A DNA stretch of 64,000 nucleotides, from positions 46,314,001-46,378,000 of the forward strand of contig CM060734.1 in assembly GCA_030704615.1 (NCBI GenBank), read 5' to 3'. The notes under the pieces were generated by a model, which was given only the letters and a program-made list of their open reading frames with translations, was not told where the DNA came from and did no database searches. Made by a program: the position numbers and the translations under genes. This document shows positions 1-11,200 of this stretch, one piece after another (position 1 is the stretch's first letter; each line of letters starts with the position of its first letter). Source of the DNA: Takakia lepidozioides. Its lineage: Eukaryota > Plantae > Bryophyta.

Positions 1-159
1 GACCCTAAGATTAGATGAATCACAATTTTTTTTTTTTTTGGGTACCCTTATTTAAGTGTTGTGCATATAAAATTGTTCCTATGCATATCTAAAATTTGTA
101 TGCACGCATACATTCCTCCATATGCATGCATTTGTGTGCGCATATAGTATAGGCTATCT

Positions 160-578
160 CGCCTGAACTCATGGTTATTATCCATAGGTGGCCCCTCAAG
201 GTGCTGAAACAGCCCCTTCCATGCCATGAAAGGCGTAAATAGTTGTGGATTGCGCATTTGCTGCAAATCACACCAACTATCAAACTCTTGGATAAAATCA
301 TCCAACTTGATGGTGCCCACCGCCCTAGAGTACCTTCGTGGCCCCTTGGTAGCTCCATACATCTCCTCCATTGTGTCCCACAACAATGGCAAGGAAACAA
401 CTTGCACCGCCGGTATGAGTCCTCCTGATTCACAATCCGAATCAGAACCTGCCGTAGAAGACACAGGAGGTGAAGGTGGCCTAAACCGCACACCTCGTCT
501 CGTGTACCCACTCGTATCGCTAGTGCTCGAACCGGCACTGTCCCCAGCAACTAGTGGCACCTCCGTGTTGACGCTCAA
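160..578 (-). pseudogene. gag: Retrotransposon Gag N-terminal fragment, truncated
   Basis: ORF 48..578: ...PRRYSRAVGTIKLDDFIQEFDSWCDLQQ...AWKGLFQHLEGP resembles the start of a retrotransposon capsid domain; similarity is lost after EFRR. Confidence 0.55.
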
Positions 579-1310
579 CCGATCATGAACATGTCCCTAA
601 CCCCCTCTCCACAAGGTAACCGGGTAGAGAACCTGTTGCGGCTTATGGTTTGGAATACTAAGTTCCTAACATAGCCTACACCTGTACCTGCATCCACCGC
701 AAGCACTCCTATGGTTGGCTGGTCATCACCTCTAACCTCACCACAGGAGAAACAATGATGGTCTGGCTGGTCATCACCCCAGCCTCACCATCGACAGCAT
801 GCTCTAGGACTGGCTGGTGATCAAATCCGGACCAATCACCTATAAAAACAAGCGCCCACACAAAACTAGCATGACGCACAGTCAAGCATGCAGGTATGGA
901 GGAGATCCAAACACAAGAAATCAGAACAACAACTCCCCCACACCAAAAACAACTCCACGGTGTTGCTCCTGCAATGACACCCCAGCCCAAACCCGGACTG
1001 ACTCTTGCCTCCACCTACGGAAAGGTCTTGGCCTAATGAGAGGGTGGAAACTACGAGGAAGAGAAGCTAAAGCAATGCCTAACCCCAGCATGCCATCATC
1101 CCAACTCACTTGCATGACCATGGGAATATCATGAAGATACTCCTCAAACCGCCCTCCACGAGCTTCAAAATTCGGCCTTCAAGACCACATGCCAGTCCTT
1201 AGGCAGTCCACCAGTGCCTCCACGAGTCAGCACAGGCCGTCCACAGGTCAACACGGGCCACCACAGACCAGCACAGGCCCATACAGATCACTGGTCACAG
1301 CCGTCACAAC
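160..1310 (-). mobile_element. Truncated LTR retrotransposon, gag-proximal part; leader continues at 16608 after the MULE insertion
   Basis: Gag-like ORF on - strand. CACAG-rich sequence at 1225-1310 resumes at 16608 after the TSD. GC-rich coding-like sequence switches abruptly to AT-rich DNA near 160. Confidence 0.6.
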
Positions 1311-1450
1311 GAGGTTTACTATTTCATGAGCAGAAACCATGAGCCATGAGCCGCATGAGCCGCATGAGCCGCATGAGCCGCATGAGCGGTGAGCCAAAGT
1401 CTAAGATACACGGATTTCATGAGCGGACTCCTCCAAATTTGGAAATGTGG
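1311..1450 (+). repeat. Left TIR of element 1 with tandem CATGAGC units
   Basis: CTATTTCATGAGC then repeated CATGAGCC(G); AGTCTAAG; CATGAGC; GGAAATG, mirrored at the right end. Confidence 0.9.
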
Positions 1451-2107
1451 CATATTAAACAAGTATTAAAATAATACTTTTTTTATTTGACCTTGCCGTT
1501 TTTGGACGTTCCAGATCATGTAATGCGGCGAAGATATGTCGTCAGTAACAAGTCCGCTCATGGTTTTATAGATCCGCTCATGGAAATAAATGACCGTGCA
1601 ACGGGAAATCCAGTATACCACTGCAAAATGACGTCGCATACTGGCCTGTATAGAGTATTCCGCGGTTTTACATGCCTTAACATTGGAATGAAGCTGACCC
1701 TTTTGCCGCGATTGAACCAATGGAGTCTGCACCAATACCGTCTGCAGTACTTCACAATTCTGTCTTCTTCGGGTATTCGGCGGGAAAGGTTTGCAACTGA
1801 ACTGGGAAATAAGGTGCCGCATTAGGGTTCGCACGTGCGAAATTTCGGAGCGGTTTGGTGTTGGCGAAGGCCGCCTCTACCAGTACCTACGACGATACTT
1901 GGAAATGCGGCGCCGCATTTCCTTGTCGGAGGTCGAATGAGGAAAGCAAGTTTCGGAAAGCAGAAAAACATGAACCCTCCAACATACAAAAATACATGCA
2001 CGTGGAAACAAGTGAACGATATAGTAATATCTTAGTTCGAGCAAAACAGGTTACTGGTAGGCAAGACATATGTCGGACCTTTCTGTTGCCAGAGTCTGAG
2101 GTTGCTA

Positions 2108-5100
2108 CTAGCAGCAGTACAGTTCTACTATCCAAAAAGGGGGGCGTACCATTGTATGGGGACCGCAAGCCAAGCTCACTGGTCCCCTAGATCCATTCAG
2201 AAGCGTGTGAACCTCCTGGGGGCTCAACCCTGGTGCATGTATGAAGTGATGAGTTGTGGAATTACAACGGAGTCACTTTAGGTACACACATAGTACAAAT
2301 GCTTGCAAGGGCAGTATGATGCCCCTTTGTTCGCCATGATGTGGAGTCGGTGCAATTGCAGGTGGGTAATTCTGAAATGGTGATGGTGTACACCTCATTG
2401 CGAACAGCTGAGCCCGCCCGTGGCCATCTGATACAGACACGCCCGAATCCTGGTGGGGGCATTCTTGTCGAGCTCTGGATTGTACAGTTCATCCGAAGTG
2501 CATTCCCCATCCTTGTCTCGTTCACTTTTGAGGGAGGTCGCCGCCTCTTCGGTTTCCCCCAACGGTGTGTAGGATGCTTAGAGCTGTCGTGTCCCATTGT
2601 TCTTGCTCTCATAGGGGTCGGTGGTGGAGGCTGTGTGGAAGCGGAAATGGTTCTCTGGGGACGTCAGTGCGCTGCACCATCGAAATCTTGCGGCGGTAAG
2701 GGCGTCGGCCTCAACCTGACTCAGATCGCAGCCTGGTTCCACCGGCCACACCGGGGGAGCCTCTGGCATTGTTTGTATGCCATACTTGGGCTTTCCATAC
2801 ACGCAAGTCATAATGTCGTGCCTGCAGAACCAGAACTGGGTGGTTGTCGCCTCCGCAAACTTTGCATGGACAAATCTTCCTGTAAAAGTAGGAGTAGGGA
2901 CAGCCCCATCTGGATTCCTCCTTATCATCTCTAAACAATGTTGCCGTGTATCCACACGAATTGCGGAACACCTTCCTCGAAACGACGGCTTTGTGCGAGC
3001 AATTCTCCACTATGAGCAGACACAGTCGTCTCCACAATGGCTTGGCCATACTGCATAACAGCGGCGGAATCTGGGGCAAGGGAGCGGTGGGAATTTTTTG
3101 CACGAAATCCCCGGTTGAAGGCGACGGCGATCTGGAATTTCTTGGGCTTCCACTGCTGGAAGACACATTGTGCGGCAACATGACGGGACCTCGAGGTGCT
3201 GTCCGAATGTTCCTGTCGGATCTCCAGGAATCCTCTTCGCACCCGGGTTCCTCTTCAATCCTCTGCCTGACAGGGCGAGTCCGGACGTCCCCCTCTAGGT
3301 GTTCACCTCTGCGGTGCAGAGGCGTCCATTTGATCTTCTCTCGCAATGCTGTCGCCCATTTCACTGGATTCTTGGACCTCGAAGCTGTTCGTACCAACAA
3401 TTCCTCCCTGTCCGGCCCAAAGCCCCATTGTTTGCCGCTCAGGAACTTGTAGTACGTGGCTTGCTGCATGATTGCTCTGTCGATGTCCTCCGTTGTGGCC
3501 GTCACTACGTCCACCAGATGTGCGGCAGAAGACGCTCGCCAGGAGGAGTGGACCGATTCTGCCATATTCGTGTTCGGCATGTCCGTGTTGGAATCCAGGC
3601 ACCGCTCCTAGAAGGACACAAACAATGGTGAGGGACCAATCGAAATGTCCGTAACAGAAAGACAAATGAACGAAATTGACAGCAGCCTACCTCCCGCATG
3701 TACTGTCCGAACTGTCGATACCGAAAATGCCACCACCCCAACCAGCTGTGCAATGCTCCCAGATTGGTTGTCTCCACTGCACCTGACGTGTTCCACCAAG
3801 CCTCGATGATAGCAAACTTAACCTCCGCGTCATCAAATGTGGGTGCATCCTTCCACGCCGTACAAAGGACACGGTGTTCAGCCTGGAATGAGCTAGCAAC
3901 AAATTTGGTAGTGTAGTGGGATAGACTCTGCATCCAATGGAATCCACAGGATCTCTCTTTCCCCTCCATTGGAACATTGGGGTCCTCACCGTACACACGC
4001 CGCACCGCTGCCCAGTTGGCCTGAGCGTTGTCTGCCATGAATCCCCTGAAATTGGGCTCTGGCAATCCCGCCCTTGCCATCTGCTCGTTTATGCCCTCCC
4101 ACAGATGCATCTCGGACTGTGTGTCCTCCCCTTTCATCTCGCAGATTGCAATCGTCATGAGCCTCTTGGAGTGATAGTCATAAACATGCGCACCCATAGT
4201 CACCCACTGATGGTTTGTAATTCGCTTGATGTGATCAAACATCACCCAAGCATTCGACAAGTTTCCAGTTGTCATGCGAGTGACCAAGTCGACTCCACTC
4301 CCAGGCCCACACGTCGACATTTTGAAAATGTAACAACGATCGGATTCGCTGCCTTGCCCTGGAAACCTGCTACCTTGGATGTAGTCATATCCAGTCATTC
4401 GTTTCACCTCCAGGATTGAGTACATGTCCGACCCCCTGCCGAACTCCTGCTTGCAAGATACGATGTGATTCCGCACATTCGGACTACAAACGTGCGAGAC
4501 GGACTCCAAGAGGTCACGCATCTCGTCTTCGGTCAAGGGCTCTCGGTCGGAACCATCTTCAGACATGATTTTGCCAAGAGCAATCTTGTGGGCTGCCTTC
4601 AGCTGAATCTGCTTTGGTCTGGCTCCGGGGCTCAATTTCACCTCCTCTTTATAATGTCGTGTGCTTCCTGCACAACCTCACGCATGTTGCCTCTCGCCAA
4701 GGGGTGGCAGTGGACCCCAACGTGTATGCAAGCTCTAGTCAAGTCCGGGAGCAAATGGATAACGTAATATTGCTTGGCTCTGCACATGGACATGCACGTC
4801 GGTGGTTCTTTGCAATGTGCACACTTGAAAGAACCCGCAGGAGCTTGGCTGGAGACAATGAATGGATGATGCGTTGTGCCAGTCCAATCCGTCTCGTTTC
4901 TCCGCCCTCCTTTGGAGAGAAAGTGGAAGCAGGTGGGATTGAGGCACCTCAGCTTCCCCGCACAGAGGACATATCGTACATGAACACCATCAGCAATTTT
5001 CGTGCTACTGGTCTTCGTCACACACCAGGGGTGTCCGTCATGCTTTCGATCCATGTCTGTTAACATCCCGGAGGCTTTGTTTGACGAAGAAACAGGTGGA

Positions 5101-5833
5101 AACTCGAAGATGACATTACCATCGACTTCGGGAGGCAGAAACGTTACCTTTCTGACTGGGAATTTGGCATAGTCGAGAGTAGCCAGCTCGGAGCGAGAAC
5201 CATCGAGGTGATGTTGTCGTAGGAGCTGCACAATGGACCGGGTTGGAGTTATGCTCGAGGGCACATTCGTAGCACCGACAGAGACGTCCATGCCGGATTT
5301 GAACGACCGTGTGGAGGACATGGGTACCTCAATGCAATCATCTTCCTCGTCGGAAATGTCGAATACGTCCACACGAGAAGCTATGGAGGGTCTTGACGGT
5401 CCAGGTCGGGAATGATTATCGTTGCATACCTCTCTGTTGGCAGTGGCCGCCTCTCGGTTTCCGGACTCCTTTGTGGATGGTGGGGCAGCGACTGATTCGG
5501 AAAGGGAATGGGCATTCCCACAGCTCGGTACAGGATGGTGTCTGATGGGGGAACGTGCCATTCAATTCCGCAACCTCCGTCGTTACCTAGCACGACAATG
5601 GTCTCGTCAACCTGTCCAGGAACATCCTTCCTTTCTTCTTCCAAATAAACTGTGCCCGGTTTGAGCTTGAATTTGGAACAAAGGTAAGTTTCAGTCACTC
5701 TGCAAAGTCCTCCCTCGTTTGGGATCCAGGCTCTCCCAAGTTGCGGAGGACAGCAAACTATAGCGTAGGAATTGGAGCCATCGAACACCGCACGGAGTTG
5801 GCAAGTGCGAGGTTCAGTATAGCGACAGACCAA
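2108..5833 (-). pseudogene. MULE-family DDE transposase with N-terminal GCM-like zinc finger and C-terminal SWIM; frameshifted, one intron at ~3612-3689
   Basis: ORFs 5381-5833, 4638-5561 (DGHPWC..CAGKLRCLNPTC..CAHC..C..CIHVGVHCHP), 3505-4641 (WVMFDH; GFMADNAQA; SCGFHW = CxxH), 2711-3580 (NTNMAESVH), 2578-2955, 2262-2612 (PTCNCTD, with CPCKHLYYV in the shifted frame). Confidence 0.88.
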
Positions 5834-6190
5834 GGCTCACAGGCACCATGCGGAGTCCATCGACGATTGGAAGTCGCACATTGAAGTGGAAAGTATTGTT
5901 TCAAGTTACATGCATGAAGGTGGGAGGTTTGATTCCATAGCCAGTAAGTATGACAATGATGGCCGATTCGGCGACGAAATAACATCTCCTGACAGTTTCT
6001 CCTGAGGGTGGATCCAGCATATTCTCGTGCAGACAGGAACGTTCGCACTGACAAGTGCCAGGACTGTTAGTTAAAACGGTCAGACAACCAAGTTGTGTTC
6101 ATCAAGACTGGCCGCAATGTTGTTTCGGAACAATGCAACCCATTGAGGTTCCAGATTTCCCGTCCCGAGTGATTCTTTCGATTGCTGGTG

Positions 6191-8025
6191 GACGGAAATA
6201 CGGCGCCGCATTTCCGTATTGCTTCTTGGTCATGCACCAGAGCGACGGAAATGCGGCACCGAGTTTCCGTCCGGGGGAAACCTTTATACAGAACGGAAAT
6301 GCGGTAACCAGAACGGAAATGCGGTAACGCATTTCCATCCAGCAAGCACGGTATGTGAAGTGGAACGGAAATGCGGTACCGCATTTCCGTTCTGATTGAG
6401 AATTATGAACAACGGGAACAGAAATGCGGCACCGCATTTCCGTCCGAGTCGCACTTTTCCGACATTCCAGAACGGAAATGCGGCGCCGCATTTCCATTTT
6501 GTATCTGATGCATGGAGCTGAGGGATAGAAATGCTGCACACATTTCCGTCCTTAAAAGACATTCATACTCTCCATAACGGAAATGCGGTACCGCATTTCC
6601 ATCCAACAAGCACGGTATGTGAAGGTGGAACGGAAATGCGGTACCGCATTTCCATCCAACAAGCACGGTATGTGAAGGTGGAACGGAAATGCGGTACCGC
6701 ATTTCCATCCAACAAGCACGGTATGTGAAGGTGGAACGGAAATGCGGTACCGCATTTCCATCCAACAAGCACGGTATGTGAAGGTGGAACGGAAATGCGG
6801 TACCGCATTTCCGTTCTGATTGAGAATTATGAACAACGGGAACAGAAATGCGGCACCGCATTTCTGTCGGAGTCGCACTTTCCGACATTCCAGAACGGAA
6901 ATGCGGCGCCGCATTTCCATTTTGTATCTGATGCATGGAGCCGAGTGCGATTCCGACCGCTTGAGACAGCGCATTCCGACCGCTTGAGACATTCATACTA
7001 TCCAGAACGGAAATGCGGTACCGCATTTCCGTTCTGACTGAAAATCGTGAACCATCGGAACTGAAATGCGGCAGCGCATTTCCATCCGAGTCGCACCTCC
7101 CAACATTCCAGAACGGAAATGCGGCACCGCATTTCCGTTCTGATGAAATATCCTGAAACATCGGAACTGAAATGCGGTACCGCATTTCCGTCGGAGTCGC
7201 ACCTTCCGACATTCCAAAACGGAAATGCGGCGCCGTATTTCCGTTTTGTATGTGAGGCATGGAGCTGTGGAACGAAAATGCGGCACAACATTTCCGCCAG
7301 CGTCAGACGTTAATACTCTACAGAACGGAAATGCGGTACCGCATTTCCGTTCTGACTGAAAATCGTGCGCAACGGGAACAGAAATGCGGCACCGCATTTC
7401 CGTCCGAGTCGCACCTTCCGACATTCTAGAACGGAAATGCGGCGCCGCATTTCCGTTTTGTATATGGGGCCTGGAGCTGTGCTACGGAATTGTGGTGCCG
7501 CATTTCCATCCATGTGAGACCTTCAAACTTTCCAGACCGGAAATGCGGCACCACATTTCTGTCCAGGTGAGACCTCTATACTTTCCCGAACGGAAATGTG
7601 GCACGGCATTTCCGTTCATCAACTAACGTATGTGAAGGGGGAACGGAAATGCGGTACCGCATTTCCGTTCACATTGAAAATCATGAACCACGGGAACTGA
7701 AATGTTGTGCCTCATTTCCGTCCGAATCGCACCTTTCGACATTCCAGAACGGAAATGCGGCGCCGCATTTCCCTTTTGTATCTCATACATGGAGCTGTGG
7801 GACGGAAATGCGGCACCGTATTTCCGTTCAACAACTAAGGTATGTGAAGGTGGAACGGAAATGCGGTGCCGCATTTTCTTCCAACAAGTACGGATGTGTA
7901 GCTTCGTGATGGTACTTAACGGAAATGCGGCGCCGCATTCGCATTTTCACTCCAACTCATCAGACGCTGGGACGGAAATGCCTTGAAATGTGAACACGTG
8001 GAGCAACGGAATTGCTGCACATGTC
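6191..8025. repeat. Array A: ~32 full plus a few partial copies of palindrome (AC)GGAAATGCGGYRCCGCATTTCC(GT), 53-bp period, variable spacers
   Basis: Core hexamer starts at 6202, 6255, 6323, 6375, 6428, 6482, 6535, 6587, 6640...6905, then 7017-7865 in exact 53-bp steps (17 copies), then 7929. Confidence 0.95.
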
Positions 8026-8289
8026 GCACTCTATCTGACTGAAGGGCATGAGGCGGCGCGGCCTGACCGTTGGATAATGATGTTTGTTTTTCGGACGGCA
8101 GGCGTACCCTGAACGATTCGAATTTCGTAATGACGCAAACTCCACGAGGAGACACTTTCGTCCAACCCTTTCGAACCCAAGTGGTGCATCACCGCCGTTT
8201 CATCTACTTTTGTCGTGTCTCCTTAGTCACCCCTCTCGCGCCCTTTCCATCTGCACTCTTTGCCCCTTTTCCCTCTCTCTGTTCTTCTT

Positions 8290-11200
8290 ATGCTCGAACC
8301 TGAGAGGGGGGGAGTTCGTGCACCAGACAGGAGACCTCGTCGCAAGCTCCGGAAATTATACTTCGGACGTAGGCCAATGCCGAAGGGGAGGAAGCAGATG
8401 CGTCTACAGGAGGAGATTGCCATCTCCGAGCAGCAGGCCACTCAGGCAACCCAGCCACCAGTGAGAGCTCCATGCGATCGGGCTGCGCGCAGCTGATCGA
8501 GCACCGAACCCCCCATTTTGCTTCTGTAATTCTTAGACTGAATGCTAGGAGACTTGAATGCAGAACATGTTTGCATGCCTAACAGGAAAGGTGGACGTGC
8601 TGGAGGGATCGCAGGAATCCGAAGAGCCGCAGGAAGAGTCCGAGGAGCTAGCTGCAGCACGTACACCCACCCGATCCCCGAGCGGGTATTCCTGCCGGGC
8701 CTAGCCCTGTGCGATTCAAAGACGCGGCTTCGAAGGGCAAGTTCAAAGCCCCAGAGACCGACTCGCGTTCTTTGGTCATGGAGAATCGCCAGCAGGGGTC
8801 GGGCCCTTCTCCAACAAAGTCGAAGAAGAAGCAGCCCGTCCCTCTACTGGCTTCTGAACCGGCTCAGGCTGATTCACCCCCCCCAACGCGAATGAAGCAG
8901 CAGGGTAAAAGACAGATGCAATTGCAGCAGACACCTTCACCTGCAAGGATGAGGAAGCAGAAGGCAATCAGGGCGACGGCCGAACAATCTCCCGCAAAAC
9001 CGCTTCCACGAGCTGAAGCTCAGTTCCTGGAGGATTTCCCGCCTGCAGATGTTGGGGCCGTCTCTGCTGCAGCGAAGGCAATGGGATCGACGTTTTTGTC
9101 GATTTGGTACCGGAGGAGGGTGCTGCCGCTGAACGTTCGCAGCCAGACCTCACCACCGATGAGCAAGCAGGCCCGGAGGAGGCCTCTGCAATGGCAGAAT
9201 TGCCCGCACACAGGCCCCAGAGTGCAGCTCCAGTTGAGGATGCTCCAGCTGCTCAGCCACTACCGGCACCTACAGACATGTCTCCGGAGGATTTCAAAAG
9301 TGCAGCGGATAAAATGTTGGAGGAGACACACAGTAGCATTGGCAGAGTTCTGGGTAGCAGGGTATTCCAGCGGACTCTTCGAATCCCACTCTGTCGCATG
9401 GTCTCCCTTCCCATCGTCAGGCAGGCCCTTCCCGGAGATGTGGATAAGCTCAAGTTCGCATTTCGAGAAGGGTACCGTCTGGGATCGGCAGCGTTTTACG
9501 TTTCCATTGAGAATGAGGACGGCGAAACACGTGGACCCACTGCCGATGAATTGTCAACGTGGGATACCCACTGGCACACTCGCAACGACGAATTCGAGGC
9601 GACGCTGAAGGGTGATCCAGACTTCGGCCATATGTCTGATAAAATGTTCTTTGTGTGGGACGGGAATCACCGACTTCTCGCCTGGTGGGAGTACATCAAG
9701 CAGAACCATGCCAAGCACATTGGCTGGCACTACATGGTGGAGTGTGTCATCCTGAAGGTGAAGGCGGCAGACTCCTCCCTGCTCAAGAATGCCATGGCGG
9801 ACCTCAACTCGTAAGATACTCATACCCTCCCTAGCACGTTCGAAATGCGGTGCCGCATTTTGGTTTCCATTCTGGTTTGTTTCCGTGCTTCCGTGTACTG
9901 AACTGGAGAGTGTGCCTTGCAGGGTCACTTGAGAATGCGTACGTGCATACCCACATGGCACATATGCTGTACAGGGTGAGGAAAACTGGTCTCACTGATC
10001 CGCAGATGTTTGCGGAAATGCTGGAGCCCGAGCTCATTCAGAAAGCCGTTGCAAAAACAGACCGGACATGGTATCGTCTCACTATGGATGGAATGGTGGA
10101 GGTGATATACGAAGTAAGTCGTCCTCCAATTTCCCTCTGCTCATCCTTCCCCAATTTCCAGTAATCTTTCCACATGAATCGAATGTAACGCTTCTGCATG
10201 TTTTTGTTGGCAGTCAAACATCAAGCTGGATTTGGCCCATGCCAAACGCTTCTTCATGGAAAGTGAGGGGCAGGTCAAAACGTTGCAGTCATTGACTGAG
10301 CACTTGAAGGAAGCCGGTGTCAAGTCCAGAACCAAATACAAGTCAAAGCTTGTGAAGCTGGTGGCAATTGCAGATCCGGCACTTGGAAATGACTTCATCC
10401 CCGAGATTGCAAAACACTATTCTCGGGCCATGCAGCCGACCATGCAATTGGAGAAACTGCATCACCTCTCAACGGCATGTGTGGAGGCGAAAGAGAAGGT
10501 GAGGTTTCAATGCACTGAAGTTCCTTCCTAGCAATAGCCACTCTCTTCCAGCTCCTGACATTGGATCGGAAATGGCAGACACGGTGGCTGTCGATCTGGA
10601 ATGCATCCGAGAGCATAAGGACAATGTGGTCTTTTCCACTGGAAGTTTCCGACCCTGCAGTGGATGTGTGGCTCAACCGTATGACTTGGTGGTTCCAGGT
10701 AATTCAAGGTACTTCCCCAGATTTGCTTTTCTGAAATGAATTCCCTGAACTGCTACGTGACAATGCATTTGGGAATCGCAGGTAATGTCGAATGCGAAGG
10801 AGCAAGTCGTAATGCACACAAATTTGTTCGGCTTGTACGTCAAATGGGATGGAACACAGACATTGGAAGACTACGTGACACGTTTCAGATGTGCGTACAA
10901 GGACAACCTTTTCGCCAGAGAGCTACAGACAGCAAGAAGGAGCGTGGAGTTTACACATCAGGAGGGAGCGGGGAAAGCTGCAATGCGAATTGTTTACAGG
11001 TGAAGCACAGCTGCCCTTGTATGCGAAGCCTGGTTACGAGGTTTGTCTCGGAAATGCGGCACCGCATTCGCATTTTATGTTTTCGGTGGCACTCTGCCAG
11101 TAGGTTCGTCCAATCTTATGCTCACGCCTGCTGACTGCCTTGCAGGTATATGAAATACGTGCTCCTTCAGACAGGGGCCCTGGCTCAAGAGCCCCCGTTC

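Noticed and set aside
1466-2190. Short ORFs between the left TIR and the transposase end
   Set aside because: No recognisable motif and no second copy to compare.
6191-8025. True CRISPR array
   Set aside because: No cas genes and a eukaryotic context. Spacers fall into about five recurring families in repeated order (higher-order duplication), and the repeat is a loopless palindrome that also occurs singly in introns.
6055-8155. Many overlapping ORFs (MRYRISV/GNAVPHF/KCGTAFP peptides); also at 13461-14529
   Set aside because: Translation artefacts of the palindrome on both strands.
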